Assembly: GCA_964494345.1 (NCBI GenBank)
Contig: CAZBSI010000001.1
Location: 424,481-488,480 of the forward strand
Direction: 5' to 3'
Length of the DNA: 64,000 nucleotides
DNA from: an uncultured bacterium
GTDB lineage: Bacteria; Armatimonadota; UBA5829
The number at the start of each line of letters is the position of its first letter. The first letter of the stretch is position 1. The notes beneath the pieces are model-generated. The model was given only the letters and a program-made list of their open reading frames with translations, was not told the DNA's origin and made no database searches. A program made the translations under genes and the position numbers. This document shows positions 37,533 through 46,804 of the stretch, piece by piece.

Positions 37533-38437
37533 TGGCGGGAAGGTTGGCGATAATCGGCGGTAGTCAGGGTTATCAAACGGTAGCCGGCTTGTCTGAAATC
37601 GGATGCATTAACCCTTTTAAGACCCCTTTCGGCTATTGCCCACCTATTCATAAGCTGCAAGTCGATGACCATGAGATATTTTTCCTCTCTCGCCACGGAG
37701 AGACGGGTTACACAGTGTCTGCTCCGTTCGTGAACTATCGAGCCAATATCTGGGCGTTGAAGGAACTCGGCGTATCGAAAATCGTTGCCTGGTCCGGGCC
37801 GGGAGCCATCGACACGAGTATTGGTATCGGTGAGATATTGGTGCCGGGGGATTTAATCGACGAAACTGACGGCCGTAAGACGACTTTTTATGAGGGACTT
37901 GGAATCGGATTTATTCGACAAAATCCGGTGTTTTGTCCGCAGTTGACACACAATCTGACCGACGTTATCAAGCGTAAGTATGGCCGTTGCCGAACTGAGG
38001 ATGTCTACGTATGTACCCAGGGGCCCCGGCTCGAAACGCCTGCCGAGATCAGGAAATACGCTATGTTCGGCGCTACGTTGGTGGGTATGACTCTGGTGCC
38101 GGAGGCGTTTTTGGCAAAAGAGCTCGAAATGTGCTACTGTCCGATCTGCTACGTTACCAATTACGCTGAGGGCGTAGTGGAGCGCAAATACAAAGAAGGA
38201 GAACTGTTCGAGGGGCTGCTTGCCGATGAAGAGAAGACCGCCGTGGAAAACGCGGTAAAGGTTCTACCTTCGCTTGCAATTGAAGCGCTCCTGGCAGATA
38301 AGAAAACGGATTGCAACTGTGGTGTCTCGATGAAAAGATACAGGCTGCGCGGGGATATCGACGACGATTGGCATTCGTGGATTAACAAACCCGGGAAATC
38401 CCGTTGCCCGGAAGGTGAAAGCCACCTCAGGGACTAA
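37532..38437 (+). CDS. MTAP/PNP-family nucleoside phosphorylase, paralogue 1 (inside the mqn cluster)
   Basis: IIGGSQG, FLSRHG, VNYRANIWALKELG, QGPRLETPAEIR, VGMTLVPEAFLAKE. C-terminal extension with DCNCG. The ATG overlaps the preceding stop (TGATG), with AAGGAG 9 nt upstream. Confidence 0.8.
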   Translation: MAGRLAIIGGSQGYQTVAGLSEIGCINPFKTPFGYCPPIHKLQVDDHEIFFLSRHGETGYTVSAPFVNYRANIWALKELGVSKIVAWSGPGAIDTSIGIGEILVPGDLIDETDGRKTTFYEGLGIGFIRQNPVFCPQLTHNLTDVIKRKYGRCRTEDVYVCTQGPRLETPAEIRKYAMFGATLVGMTLVPEAFLAKELEMCYCPICYVTNYAEGVVERKYKEGELFEGLLADEEKTAVENAVKVLPSLAIEALLADKKTDCNCGVSMKRYRLRGDIDDDWHSWINKPGKSRCPEGESHLRD

Positions 38438-38467
38438 TTAACAGCAAACAACGGTGAATATATCTAT

Positions 38468-39247
38468 ATGAATATACTGGTTACAAACGACGATGGTGTT
38501 TTTGCGGATGGCTTGCTGGCGTTAAAGACAGCTTTGGATAAAGTGGCCAACGTGTTTGTGGTGGCTCCGGACAGGCCGAGAAGCGCGTGCGGGCACTCGA
38601 TAACCCTGCATAAGCCTCTGCGAGCGGAAAAAGTAGTCCTCGAAGATGGCAGCCCTGCTTATGCTTCCAATGGAACCCCTTCTGACTGCGTCACCCTGGC
38701 GATATTGGGCGCGTTGACAGATCCGATTGACCTGGTGGTGTCGGGGATAAATCACGGGCCGAACTTAGGCTGGGACCTGACATATTCCGGCACGGTTTCT
38801 GCCGCCATGGAAGGCGCCATTCTTGGAATTACTTCTTTCGCGATTTCGGTGACAAACATCCAATCTAAAGTCGACTATACTGCGGCCGCCGATTTCGCCG
38901 TTGACCTGGCCAGACTCCTCGAAGGCCACAAACTTCCAGACAGCACACTGTTGAATGTAAATGTGCCGGATATTCCCGCGTCTGAGATATTAGGAGTAAA
39001 AGTTACCCGACAGGGCAAACGGCGTTATGTTGGTCAACTTGAGCGGCGAACCGACCCTATGGGGAGAGATTATTATTGGCTCGGCGGGGACCTGCCTGAA
39101 GATGAGCTCGAGGAAGGAACCGACGTCAAGGCCGTGGCAGATGGCCATATCTCGATAACGCCTGTGCATCTGGATCTGACTGATGAGTATTCTATACCGA
39201 CCATTAAGGGTTGGGGTGTAGAACAAATTGAACTGAGAGGAAAGTGA
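38468..39247 (+). CDS. surE: 5'/3'-nucleotidase SurE
   Basis: MNILVTNDDGVFADGL, SGINHGPNLG, YSGTVSAAMEG. Confidence 0.93.
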   Translation: MNILVTNDDGVFADGLLALKTALDKVANVFVVAPDRPRSACGHSITLHKPLRAEKVVLEDGSPAYASNGTPSDCVTLAILGALTDPIDLVVSGINHGPNLGWDLTYSGTVSAAMEGAILGITSFAISVTNIQSKVDYTAAADFAVDLARLLEGHKLPDSTLLNVNVPDIPASEILGVKVTRQGKRRYVGQLERRTDPMGRDYYWLGGDLPEDELEEGTDVKAVADGHISITPVHLDLTDEYSIPTIKGWGVEQIELRGK

Positions 39248-39302
39248 GGGAGGAATTGTGCGGCGAATCGTTAAGTCAGATAGTGGTGGCGTCGCATAAT
39301 GA

Positions 39303-40559
39303 ATGAGCAAGCAGGAGGCGCGTTTCCGCATGAGGCCAGGCAATCATTGGAAAGGTGAAGCGGCCAATCCTTTTGTTGCTGCACTCGTCGGCGCATTGAT
39401 TGCGCTCGTCGTTGGATATCTACTGAGCTACATTTTCAGTCTGATGGGACTGGGAGTGCTCATAGGTGACAATTCCTGGAACTTCAAAGAGACACTGTCT
39501 TTGGCTGGGTTGAACTACTATGCTGCCCAGCATATCCCCATAAAGGGCTTCGTCCCCAATGAAGCTGCTGCCTGGATTACGCTTCCTATCACTGTTTGGG
39601 GGATAATCCCCGCTGTCGCGCTTATGATAGGTGGCTTTGTGGCTGGTCGTATGCGTGATGCTGCAGGGCGATGGGCTATTATCGGATCAGCGATTGGCGC
39701 AGGAGTCCTTCACACGCTCGCACTCTTAGCCTGCGCTCCGTTTGTATCCGCTGAGTTTGTCTCTACTGCAGTGCCTGCTATACAAGGTTTTGAACTTTCC
39801 CCGCCCGATCTGCCTTATAGGCCTGTAGAGGGAGGCGTTCTGTTATACGCTTCGATTTTTGGCGTAGTGTTCTCGTATCTGGGGGGACTGGCTGCAGTTC
39901 GGTTAAGGGAAAGAACAGACGCTGCTCCTGGCAAATGGTGGGCGTGTGCTAAAGCGGTTGTGGCAGTTGGATTGGTCATTCAGTTGCTTATAGTGGCCGG
40001 GGTGTGGGTTTGGTTTGTGAAGTCAGATATTGGAGATGAGGACATCAGCGCTCAACCAAAACTGATACAGGCGCTGCCTATGGCAGCGGGACTGGGATAT
40101 TCGCTTATCTATTCGGCTAAACTATACGCGGCTGCAGTGCCGGTAAACATCCCAATCGCAGCATATAAAACGGATCTGCAAATATTCCGCGGCGCTAATA
40201 CAACTCAGGGAACCAAGACGACACATAAGCCGCCTATAAAGTATGCCTGGGTGGTGGGTTTGATCGCTGCAGTTGCTTCTATGGCGACAGGCTGGATGGC
40301 GGTAAGGATGGGATCGCGCGATGGATCATTGCCGACTGCGTTTAGGATTACCGCCTTACAATTTATATATCTCGCTTTAATAATCCTTATGAGCGGAATG
40401 AATTGGGGAATTGTCGGACAATCCAGCGTAATTGTGCAACCGGCGTTCGATTTATCTATGTGGATAATGGCAGCCGGGGTACTGATATTCTCATTAGTCG
40501 GCGCATATTGGACAAATCGGCGTTTTGCCGGACGTCTTAGTGGTTTTCCGCCAGTGTAG
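39303..40559 (+). CDS. Polytopic integral membrane protein, unknown function
   Basis: 418 aa with about 10 hydrophobic segments. No family recognised. Confidence 0.55.
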   Translation: MSKQEARFRMRPGNHWKGEAANPFVAALVGALIALVVGYLLSYIFSLMGLGVLIGDNSWNFKETLSLAGLNYYAAQHIPIKGFVPNEAAAWITLPITVWGIIPAVALMIGGFVAGRMRDAAGRWAIIGSAIGAGVLHTLALLACAPFVSAEFVSTAVPAIQGFELSPPDLPYRPVEGGVLLYASIFGVVFSYLGGLAAVRLRERTDAAPGKWWACAKAVVAVGLVIQLLIVAGVWVWFVKSDIGDEDISAQPKLIQALPMAAGLGYSLIYSAKLYAAAVPVNIPIAAYKTDLQIFRGANTTQGTKTTHKPPIKYAWVVGLIAAVASMATGWMAVRMGSRDGSLPTAFRITALQFIYLALIILMSGMNWGIVGQSSVIVQPAFDLSMWIMAAGVLIFSLVGAYWTNRRFAGRLSGFPPV

Positions 40560-40564
40560 TAAAT

Positions 40565-41014
40565 ATGATTGTTGAAAATTCGACCAGATATAATGTAGCT
40601 GCCGCGCTTAAAGAGGCGGTATGCGAATATCCAACAGACGGAGTTACCGTTCAATTAAAATACTGTCCCGAAGGATCCGGCAGATTCATCTCCGGAACTT
40701 ATTATCGTCAGGCTCGAGGTTTTGAGGATGGAAAGCTGATCCGATTGCGTATTAATAAGCATAATCGATATCCGTTGAAAGTCCAATTCAAAACTTCGGA
40801 TTATTATAAAACTCGCGATAAATACGGCGAACAGCGAGTCTATCAGCGATTGAAGACTGTGAGTTTCGACAACGCCGAGGATCTGATTTTGGGAATCTTT
40901 TTGCATGAGTTTTCTCATTATCTGGATCATATCCAGGGACTTAACGGCCGATACAAACAGACCAAAGCCGATAAGTTCGCGCTCGCCATATTACAAAAAC
41001 TGCAAGTCATTTAG
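40565..41014 (+). CDS. Small HExxH-motif protein (possible zinc metallopeptidase-like)
   Basis: 149 aa with IFLHEFSHYLDH. Starts 5 nt after the membrane-protein gene. Confidence 0.4.
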   Translation: MIVENSTRYNVAAALKEAVCEYPTDGVTVQLKYCPEGSGRFISGTYYRQARGFEDGKLIRLRINKHNRYPLKVQFKTSDYYKTRDKYGEQRVYQRLKTVSFDNAEDLILGIFLHEFSHYLDHIQGLNGRYKQTKADKFALAILQKLQVI

Positions 41015-41026
41015 GGGGACTGAACA

Positions 41027-43147
41027 TTGTTAAAACGTAGTACATTATGGTCTGTGGTGCTTATGCTGATGTTGTTTATCTGTGCAGTAGCAGTGCCTGC
41101 ATGGGCGGCTATCGGTAACTTCAGCTTCGCTCACACAAGTGACGACCATACCACACAATCTAAAACTGAAGAGACAATAGCGGAGTTCGAGAACCCGCAG
41201 CCGATACTTTTGGAACCTTACAAGACAATCGCTCTTCCTTTATCATTTGTCATCGACACTGGAGACGCAACAGAATTTGGAGGAGCGGACTTATTTGCAA
41301 AGTTTTTGGGTTATTATAAAAACGTCAAGATTCCACTGTACCTTTCGATTGGAAACCACGACGGTACCTGGCGTTCACTTACTTATGAGGTGACTCAGAG
41401 ACACGGCTGGCCGTATTATTCGTTTGATAAAAACGGATGTCATTTCGTTATATTGCATTCTTCCGGGTTCCAGCACCCTCTGCCGGCTTTTGGGGCGGAT
41501 CAGATGAACTGGGTTAAAAAAGACCTTGAGAAGGTGGGTAAGGACACGCCTGTTTTCGTAGCTCTGCATCACCCGTTGAACACTTCGGAGTTCGCCAGTC
41601 GGTTTGACGTTGATAGGCTGCTTGATATATTGCGGCCTTATAATATCATCGCCATAATGTATGGCCACGGGCACGGCGCTAACTGTGGCAAGTATGAGAA
41701 CTTCGATATCGTGCAAGGCGGTTCGACCTACGGGCCTGGGCCGGCGGGATATCAGGTCTACTCAATATTGGACGGCACCCTTCGCATAGCCTATAAGGAT
41801 CAGGGCCCGGAGGCTAAGGCGACCAAAAAAATGCTGGAAAAATCGCTTGCGCCACCCGCGAAACGATACCCTGCTATCAACATCGCCACTCCCAAAGAAG
41901 GTGCGACATATTCTGCCCAAGTCCCTGTAAAAGTCTGGATAGCTGCAGGCAAAGGCGAGATCAAATCCGCTGTGGCGAGAATTGACGGAGCTAAGGAGAC
42001 CTCTGCTCTGGAAGTAAAAGCCGGTGGCAGTTTTGAGCGCTTATTGGCTGCAAAGGATCTCTCCCCGGGCGCACACAGCCTGAAGATTACTTTTACGGGA
42101 ACGGATGGCCAGGAATATCACAAGTCTACGTTCTTCTATATCGACTCTACAAGACCGAGGGTCCTTTGGCGAGTGCAGACGGGCACTGCCAGCAAAACCA
42201 CACCGACGATTGGAGCCGACGGCACCGTCTATATTGGCGGCTATGACGGAACCGTGCGCGCATATACCGCACCCGGTAAATCTAAATGGGTATTCCCGAC
42301 AAAAGGTATGATTTGCGGGCAGATTCTCGCACAGGGCGATAAGGTCTATGTAGGTAGCGAGGATACTTACCTTTATTGCCTGAATGCAGCAAACGGTAAA
42401 GAAGTCTGGAAGTTCCAGGCAGAGGAACCAATTTATGCTTCGCCGGTTTCTGACGGTAAATCTGTTTATTTTGCTTGCGGAACCGGCGCTTTCTACAGCG
42501 TAGACGTTGCGACAGGCAAACAAAATTGGAAGAACTCGGAAGCCAAATATAATATAGAGATCAAGCCGTTCCTGCACGATGGCAAGGTATATTATGGTGC
42601 GTGGGATACGTTTATCTACTGCTTGAACACGTCTGATGGAAAGCTGGTCTGGAAGCAAGTCGGACACGGCAGTTCTTATGGCGGCGCGGCCAGATATTAT
42701 AGTCCGGCAGACTGTGGCCCGGTGGTTTGCAACAACGTATTATTCACACCAGACCGCAAATACGATTGTGCCCTTTCGAATACCCAAACCGGTGAGACAA
42801 TTTCCGATCTCAAGGGAATTGCGGGCGTGGGGCTGTCGGAGGACGGCAAGTCGGTATATTTGCGCTGCACCACCAGCGAGTTGAAAAAAGTCGACTCTAC
42901 GGGTAAGACCATCTGGTCGGTTGAGGTGCCTGCCGGTATGGTTCCGACAGCGCCGACTGAGTGCAATGGTATTGTTTATATATGTGGTAACAGAGGTACT
43001 TTAAGTGCTGTGTCGGCCTCAGACGGAAAAGTTCTGTGGCAATATGACACTACTCCGTCACTTTCCGTGCTGGCTGGCGTCGGAGCCAGTGGTATGACGG
43101 CTTATGTTGTGGGTTTGGACGGAAGCCTTACTGCTTTGGCTCCGTAG
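41027..43147 (+). CDS. Secreted metallophosphoesterase fused to a PQQ-like (BamB-type) beta-propeller
   Basis: Signal peptide. Calcineurin-type motifs SDDH, DTGDAT, GNHDG, LHHP, GHGHG. The C-terminal half has repeated VY.G..DG..Y.L....GK..WK blades. Confidence 0.7.
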   Translation: MLKRSTLWSVVLMLMLFICAVAVPAWAAIGNFSFAHTSDDHTTQSKTEETIAEFENPQPILLEPYKTIALPLSFVIDTGDATEFGGADLFAKFLGYYKNVKIPLYLSIGNHDGTWRSLTYEVTQRHGWPYYSFDKNGCHFVILHSSGFQHPLPAFGADQMNWVKKDLEKVGKDTPVFVALHHPLNTSEFASRFDVDRLLDILRPYNIIAIMYGHGHGANCGKYENFDIVQGGSTYGPGPAGYQVYSILDGTLRIAYKDQGPEAKATKKMLEKSLAPPAKRYPAINIATPKEGATYSAQVPVKVWIAAGKGEIKSAVARIDGAKETSALEVKAGGSFERLLAAKDLSPGAHSLKITFTGTDGQEYHKSTFFYIDSTRPRVLWRVQTGTASKTTPTIGADGTVYIGGYDGTVRAYTAPGKSKWVFPTKGMICGQILAQGDKVYVGSEDTYLYCLNAANGKEVWKFQAEEPIYASPVSDGKSVYFACGTGAFYSVDVATGKQNWKNSEAKYNIEIKPFLHDGKVYYGAWDTFIYCLNTSDGKLVWKQVGHGSSYGGAARYYSPADCGPVVCNNVLFTPDRKYDCALSNTQTGETISDLKGIAGVGLSEDGKSVYLRCTTSELKKVDSTGKTIWSVEVPAGMVPTAPTECNGIVYICGNRGTLSAVSASDGKVLWQYDTTPSLSVLAGVGASGMTAYVVGLDGSLTALAP

Positions 43148-43239
43148 TGTTGATTGATGGCAATGGTTTGTCTGTTCATTGCGAATTTAGTCTGATGTAG
43201 TATTCGACTGGTAAAATCTTAATCAGACGGAGGTGCGGG

Positions 43240-43446
43240 ATGACCTACTGCCGAGGTGACGAGATAGAAGTCGTCATTGCGCGCGACGGATTGGCTGACG
43301 GCGCGGGGATCGGATATCTGCCTGATGACACGATGGTTGTGATTGTCGGCGGCGCAGGTAGAGTGGGGGAATCCATACAGGCTACGATAGTGAACATGGA
43401 GAAAACGCCCCTTGGGTGCTCCTTCGTAGCCAACGCCAGAGCATAA
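43240..43446 (+). CDS. Stand-alone TRAM-domain protein
   Basis: 68 aa. GDEIEVVI...ADGAGIGYLPDDTMVVIVGGAGRVGESIQATIVNM fits the TRAM beta-barrel pattern. GGAGG SD. Confidence 0.55.
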   Translation: MTYCRGDEIEVVIARDGLADGAGIGYLPDDTMVVIVGGAGRVGESIQATIVNMEKTPLGCSFVANARA

Positions 43447-43478
43447 AAAACGGCCCGCTCGGTAATCCGGGCGGGCTG
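43445..43478. terminator. Bidirectional terminator between the TRAM gene and trkA
   Basis: 12-bp stem CGGCCCGCTCGG-TAAT-CCGGGCGGGCTG, with AAAAAA on the left (a U-tract for the minus-strand transcript) and CTTTC on the right. Confidence 0.6.
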
Positions 43479-43503
43479 CTTTCAAAGATTAGCGCGTGTT
43501 CAA

Positions 43504-44175
43504 TTATTCGAACACAGCGCGAAGGTCCTTTTCGTACTCCGACTTGATGATCGCGATCACGCTGTCGCCTTCGCGAAGCTTCGTATCGGAGCGCGGAATG
43601 ATGGCATATTCGTCTCGAATTATTGAGATGATCAGTGTCTTCTGGGGCAGTTCGACGTCTTTAATCAACATCCCCAAAACGTTAGACGAGGCGGTAATAG
43701 TTGCTTCGACCACCTCAATATCCCCGCGCTTCAAAGCGGCAAGAGGGATAACCTGGCCTGTTTCGATCTGTTGTTCGAGCAGGTTGAAGATTATCCGTGT
43801 GCTGCTCAGGGTCTGGTCTATGCCGAGCTCTTTGAATAGTCCCTCATTTTTGGGGTCGTTGACTCGAGCTATAGTACGTGGCACACCAAACTTGCGTTTC
43901 GCCATCTGGCAGACCACAAGGTTATCCTCGTCGTCTCCGGTGACTGCAACCACCACATTAGCTCGCCCCATACCGACCTCAGACATTGTCCGAATCTCGC
44001 AGCCATCTCCATGAACGATCAGCTCACCCAGTGAATCTCTAAACGAATCCACGGTCTTGCGGTCTTTTTCTAGTAATAAAACTTCGTGACCTTCCTGAAT
44101 AAGAGTCTTCGCAAGGTGATATCCGACCTTGCCGGCCCCAACTACTATCACATACATTGGGCTTTTTTTACTCAT
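43504..44175 (-). CDS. trkA: K+ transport regulatory subunit TrkA/KtrA (RCK N plus C domains)
   Basis: VIVVGAGKVGYHLAKTL...EVLLLEKD Rossmann and a TrkA-C tail. ATG 44175 overlaps the upstream stop (ATGAGTAA). Confidence 0.88.
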   Translation of the reverse strand: MSKKSPMYVIVVGAGKVGYHLAKTLIQEGHEVLLLEKDRKTVDSFRDSLGELIVHGDGCEIRTMSEVGMGRANVVVAVTGDDEDNLVVCQMAKRKFGVPRTIARVNDPKNEGLFKELGIDQTLSSTRIIFNLLEQQIETGQVIPLAALKRGDIEVVEATITASSNVLGMLIKDVELPQKTLIISIIRDEYAIIPRSDTKLREGDSVIAIIKSEYEKDLRAVFE

Positions 44176-44626
44176 GTTCGTCCTCGCCAATGCCTAGATG
44201 GGTATATTCGTGGATCTGCCCAAACGGCTTCCCAAGTATCAGATCGCGCATCAGTCCGGCGCCTATGCAGGTCGTGCAAATAGTATCTATGCCAAGCTCA
44301 GAATATGCATAAGCACGGTTTGGATCGTAGATTCTTGCGACCACTTTTGGCACTTTGAACCGCACTTTTGCCATTTGAACAGACATAATGTTTCGATTAT
44401 CGCCATTGGTGACAGCAAGAAACGCATCGGCCTTGTCTAACTCGGCCATCTTAAGAGTTTCCTCGTCGATGCCGTTTCCCACCACTTGTTGGCCGGGAAA
44501 GTCGGCCGCCAGCCTCCTGAAAGAGTCCGGGTTTCGATCGATGATGGTTACGTGGTGACCATCACGAGCCATCGTAGTGGCTACAGTGGCGCCCACTCTG
44601 CCACACCCTAGAATTACTATCCTCAC
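44168..44626 (-). CDS. TrkA-N (RCK) domain protein
   Basis: VRIVILGCGRVGATVATTM...HVTIIDRN. GTG 44626 has GGAGG 6 nt upstream. Confidence 0.8.
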   Translation of the reverse strand: MRIVILGCGRVGATVATTMARDGHHVTIIDRNPDSFRRLAADFPGQQVVGNGIDEETLKMAELDKADAFLAVTNGDNRNIMSVQMAKVRFKVPKVVARIYDPNRAYAYSELGIDTICTTCIGAGLMRDLILGKPFGQIHEYTHLGIGEDEHE

Positions 44627-44699
44627 TTCATTCCTCCGCAGTGAATACTCCAGCGAGTATAAGACCTGAGTATACACCTGCCCGCAAAGCCTGTCAATT

Positions 44700-46124
44700 T
44701 TACAAATTGATCAGTCCAATGTCGAACGACAGATGTCTGAACCGATTGTTCCAGCGGATATACATACCCAAACAGTCCGTTCGCTGACCATAAAGCACTT
44801 CCCAGTCATACAAGGTCATATCAGAAACATTGTAGTTAAGAGCCAGCCCAAATACGTGCCTGTGCAAATAAGTTTGAGCGGTGACGTCCAACTCGCGTTT
44901 TATGTCGATGTTGTCGAACTGGAATGGTGTGCTACCCGAAGAGGTGCGGCTTATGTAGCGTGCGGAGAAATACGCATCATTGCGGGACAGGTGAGCGGCG
45001 TCAATGCCCCAACCCCACGTTCGAAACGATTGCCCTTCAGGATAATCGGCATAACTGACAATTCCTATCGGCTGTATCGTCGTGCGCGGACCGAGCCACA
45101 GCGTGTTGACGGCGCCCTGCATCACGACCTGGGTTCGTGACAGTGAAGTATCTTGACCGGGGGTTTCTTTATACAGCCCCCACGACGCTATGACCTGAGG
45201 GTATAATTCGAGCCGTGGATCGAGTTTCTGCTTGGTAAAAGAGAGCTGTGAGCCTAGATAAGACACGCCCAACTCAGGCTGTCTGTAGACCACCAGTCCC
45301 GGATCATTTGCATCGTAAGTGCGCTGGCGCATGGTAAACAAGCCGAACGGCTGCAGATGAGCTGCGTCAGTCGGTCGAAGGAGCTGAGGGTCACAATCAT
45401 TGGCAATGGGCTGCGGCACATTGAGCTCACGTGACCGTCTTGTACCATAGGTGATATATCTGCCGGGAAAATCGACCAGGCGACCGCCAACCCCGTATCT
45501 TGCATTGAGCGAGGACTGAATTGAGTGTTTCTGTGTGAACTTCAGATCAAGCGTAGAGCGAGCTTGATTTGTATCAATAACTCTCAAAGCCTGCCGCAGA
45601 GTGATTCCATCCCTGGAATCGTTGCCTACTCTTGGGAAGATTGACGAGGTGCTTGAACGACCTCCCAAACGGAGCGCCATTCTGGGCAAGGTCAATAATT
45701 TCGTTCTGCCCAGATAGACAGACACGTTGCGAGCGATCAATTTGTCGTTAGGCCGAATAAACAGGCTGCCGGCCGTGATATGATAGTCCGGCCGCTCACA
45801 AGAACACGTTGTCAGGTATACCTTGCGCGCAGTGCCCGTCTCTGCATCCATATCATATTCGGCCTCACTGGCCAGAAACCGTTGTGCTCCCTTCTGTAGT
45901 CGCATTCCTCCTCTGGCAAAAAGTTTTGAGCCTTGCAACTCAAACGAGGATGCCGACAAACACACAGGCGTCGGTGCGACCTGAGTGCAAACCGCCGTCG
46001 GTTTTGCCACTTCCTCATCCAAAGAAGGGGCGAGAGGGTTTTCCTGCGCCCACAGACCTGATCCGCACATTAATACAAAGGCAATCAGGATCATTCCAAC
46101 TACGCGCACTTCGATTTTCAACAT
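44700..46124 (-). CDS. LptD/OstA-like outer-membrane LPS-assembly protein (short form)
   Basis: Signal peptide. YLTTCSCERPDYHITAGSLFIRPNDKLIARNVSVYLGRTKLLTLP resembles the conserved LptD core. Beta-rich C-terminus ending in LINL. Confidence 0.55.
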   Translation of the reverse strand: MLKIEVRVVGMILIAFVLMCGSGLWAQENPLAPSLDEEVAKPTAVCTQVAPTPVCLSASSFELQGSKLFARGGMRLQKGAQRFLASEAEYDMDAETGTARKVYLTTCSCERPDYHITAGSLFIRPNDKLIARNVSVYLGRTKLLTLPRMALRLGGRSSTSSIFPRVGNDSRDGITLRQALRVIDTNQARSTLDLKFTQKHSIQSSLNARYGVGGRLVDFPGRYITYGTRRSRELNVPQPIANDCDPQLLRPTDAAHLQPFGLFTMRQRTYDANDPGLVVYRQPELGVSYLGSQLSFTKQKLDPRLELYPQVIASWGLYKETPGQDTSLSRTQVVMQGAVNTLWLGPRTTIQPIGIVSYADYPEGQSFRTWGWGIDAAHLSRNDAYFSARYISRTSSGSTPFQFDNIDIKRELDVTAQTYLHRHVFGLALNYNVSDMTLYDWEVLYGQRTDCLGMYIRWNNRFRHLSFDIGLINL

Positions 46125-46246
46125 ATACCAACCTTTTCAGTTATGCAGGAAAGTTCACCACTTCGACGGCATTCTCCTGTTCGGGAAGGACAATTGCTCC
46201 CCAAGGATTAAATAAACAGCCAACCTGAGCCGAAGGAGGAAACTCT

Positions 46247-46738
46247 ATGGATGCTATCCAGTGTCTAAAGACGCGACGCTGCGTCAGATCTTTTAAGCCC
46301 GATCCTATTGATCGGTCAGTAATCGAAGATATTGTGGACTGCGGCCGACTGGCGGCGTCGGCTAACAACGTTCAGCCGTGGCAATTCATCGCCGTGACAG
46401 ATTCCGAGACCCGCAAACAGATCGCATCATTAGCTGAGTATGGGAAGTTTATCGCAGATGCGCCGTGTTGTATAGCCGTGTTTTGCGAAAAGATAAAATA
46501 TTATATCGAAGACGGTTCTGCTGCTACTCAAAATATACTGCTGGCAGCGCACGCCCTTGGCCTGGCGGGTTGCTGGGTGGCGGGCGACAAGAAGGATTAT
46601 GCGCCATTGATTCGCGACTTGCTGGGATTGCCGGATAATTATACGCTTGTGAGTATGATTGCCTTAGGGGTTCCGCAAAAGATACCTTCACCTCAGAAGA
46701 AACCGTTGAGCGACGTTTTACACTTCGACCGATTCTGA
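46247..46738 (+). CDS. Nitroreductase-family protein
   Basis: RRCVRSFKPDPI, SANNVQPWQFIAV. GGAGG SD. Confidence 0.88.
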   Translation: MDAIQCLKTRRCVRSFKPDPIDRSVIEDIVDCGRLAASANNVQPWQFIAVTDSETRKQIASLAEYGKFIADAPCCIAVFCEKIKYYIEDGSAATQNILLAAHALGLAGCWVAGDKKDYAPLIRDLLGLPDNYTLVSMIALGVPQKIPSPQKKPLSDVLHFDRF

Positions 46739-46740
46739 TA

Positions 46741-46776
46741 ACAAAACCGCGCTGCTGAGTTTCTCTGCAGCGCGGT
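46741..46776 (-). terminator. Terminator between convergent genes (strongest on the minus strand)
   Basis: Perfect 10-bp stem ACCGCGCTGC / GCAGCGCGGT with an 11-nt loop. On the minus strand it is followed by TTTTGTT. Confidence 0.55.
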
Positions 46777-46804
46777 AAGTTGCATTCCGAACTTATATCC
46801 GAGC

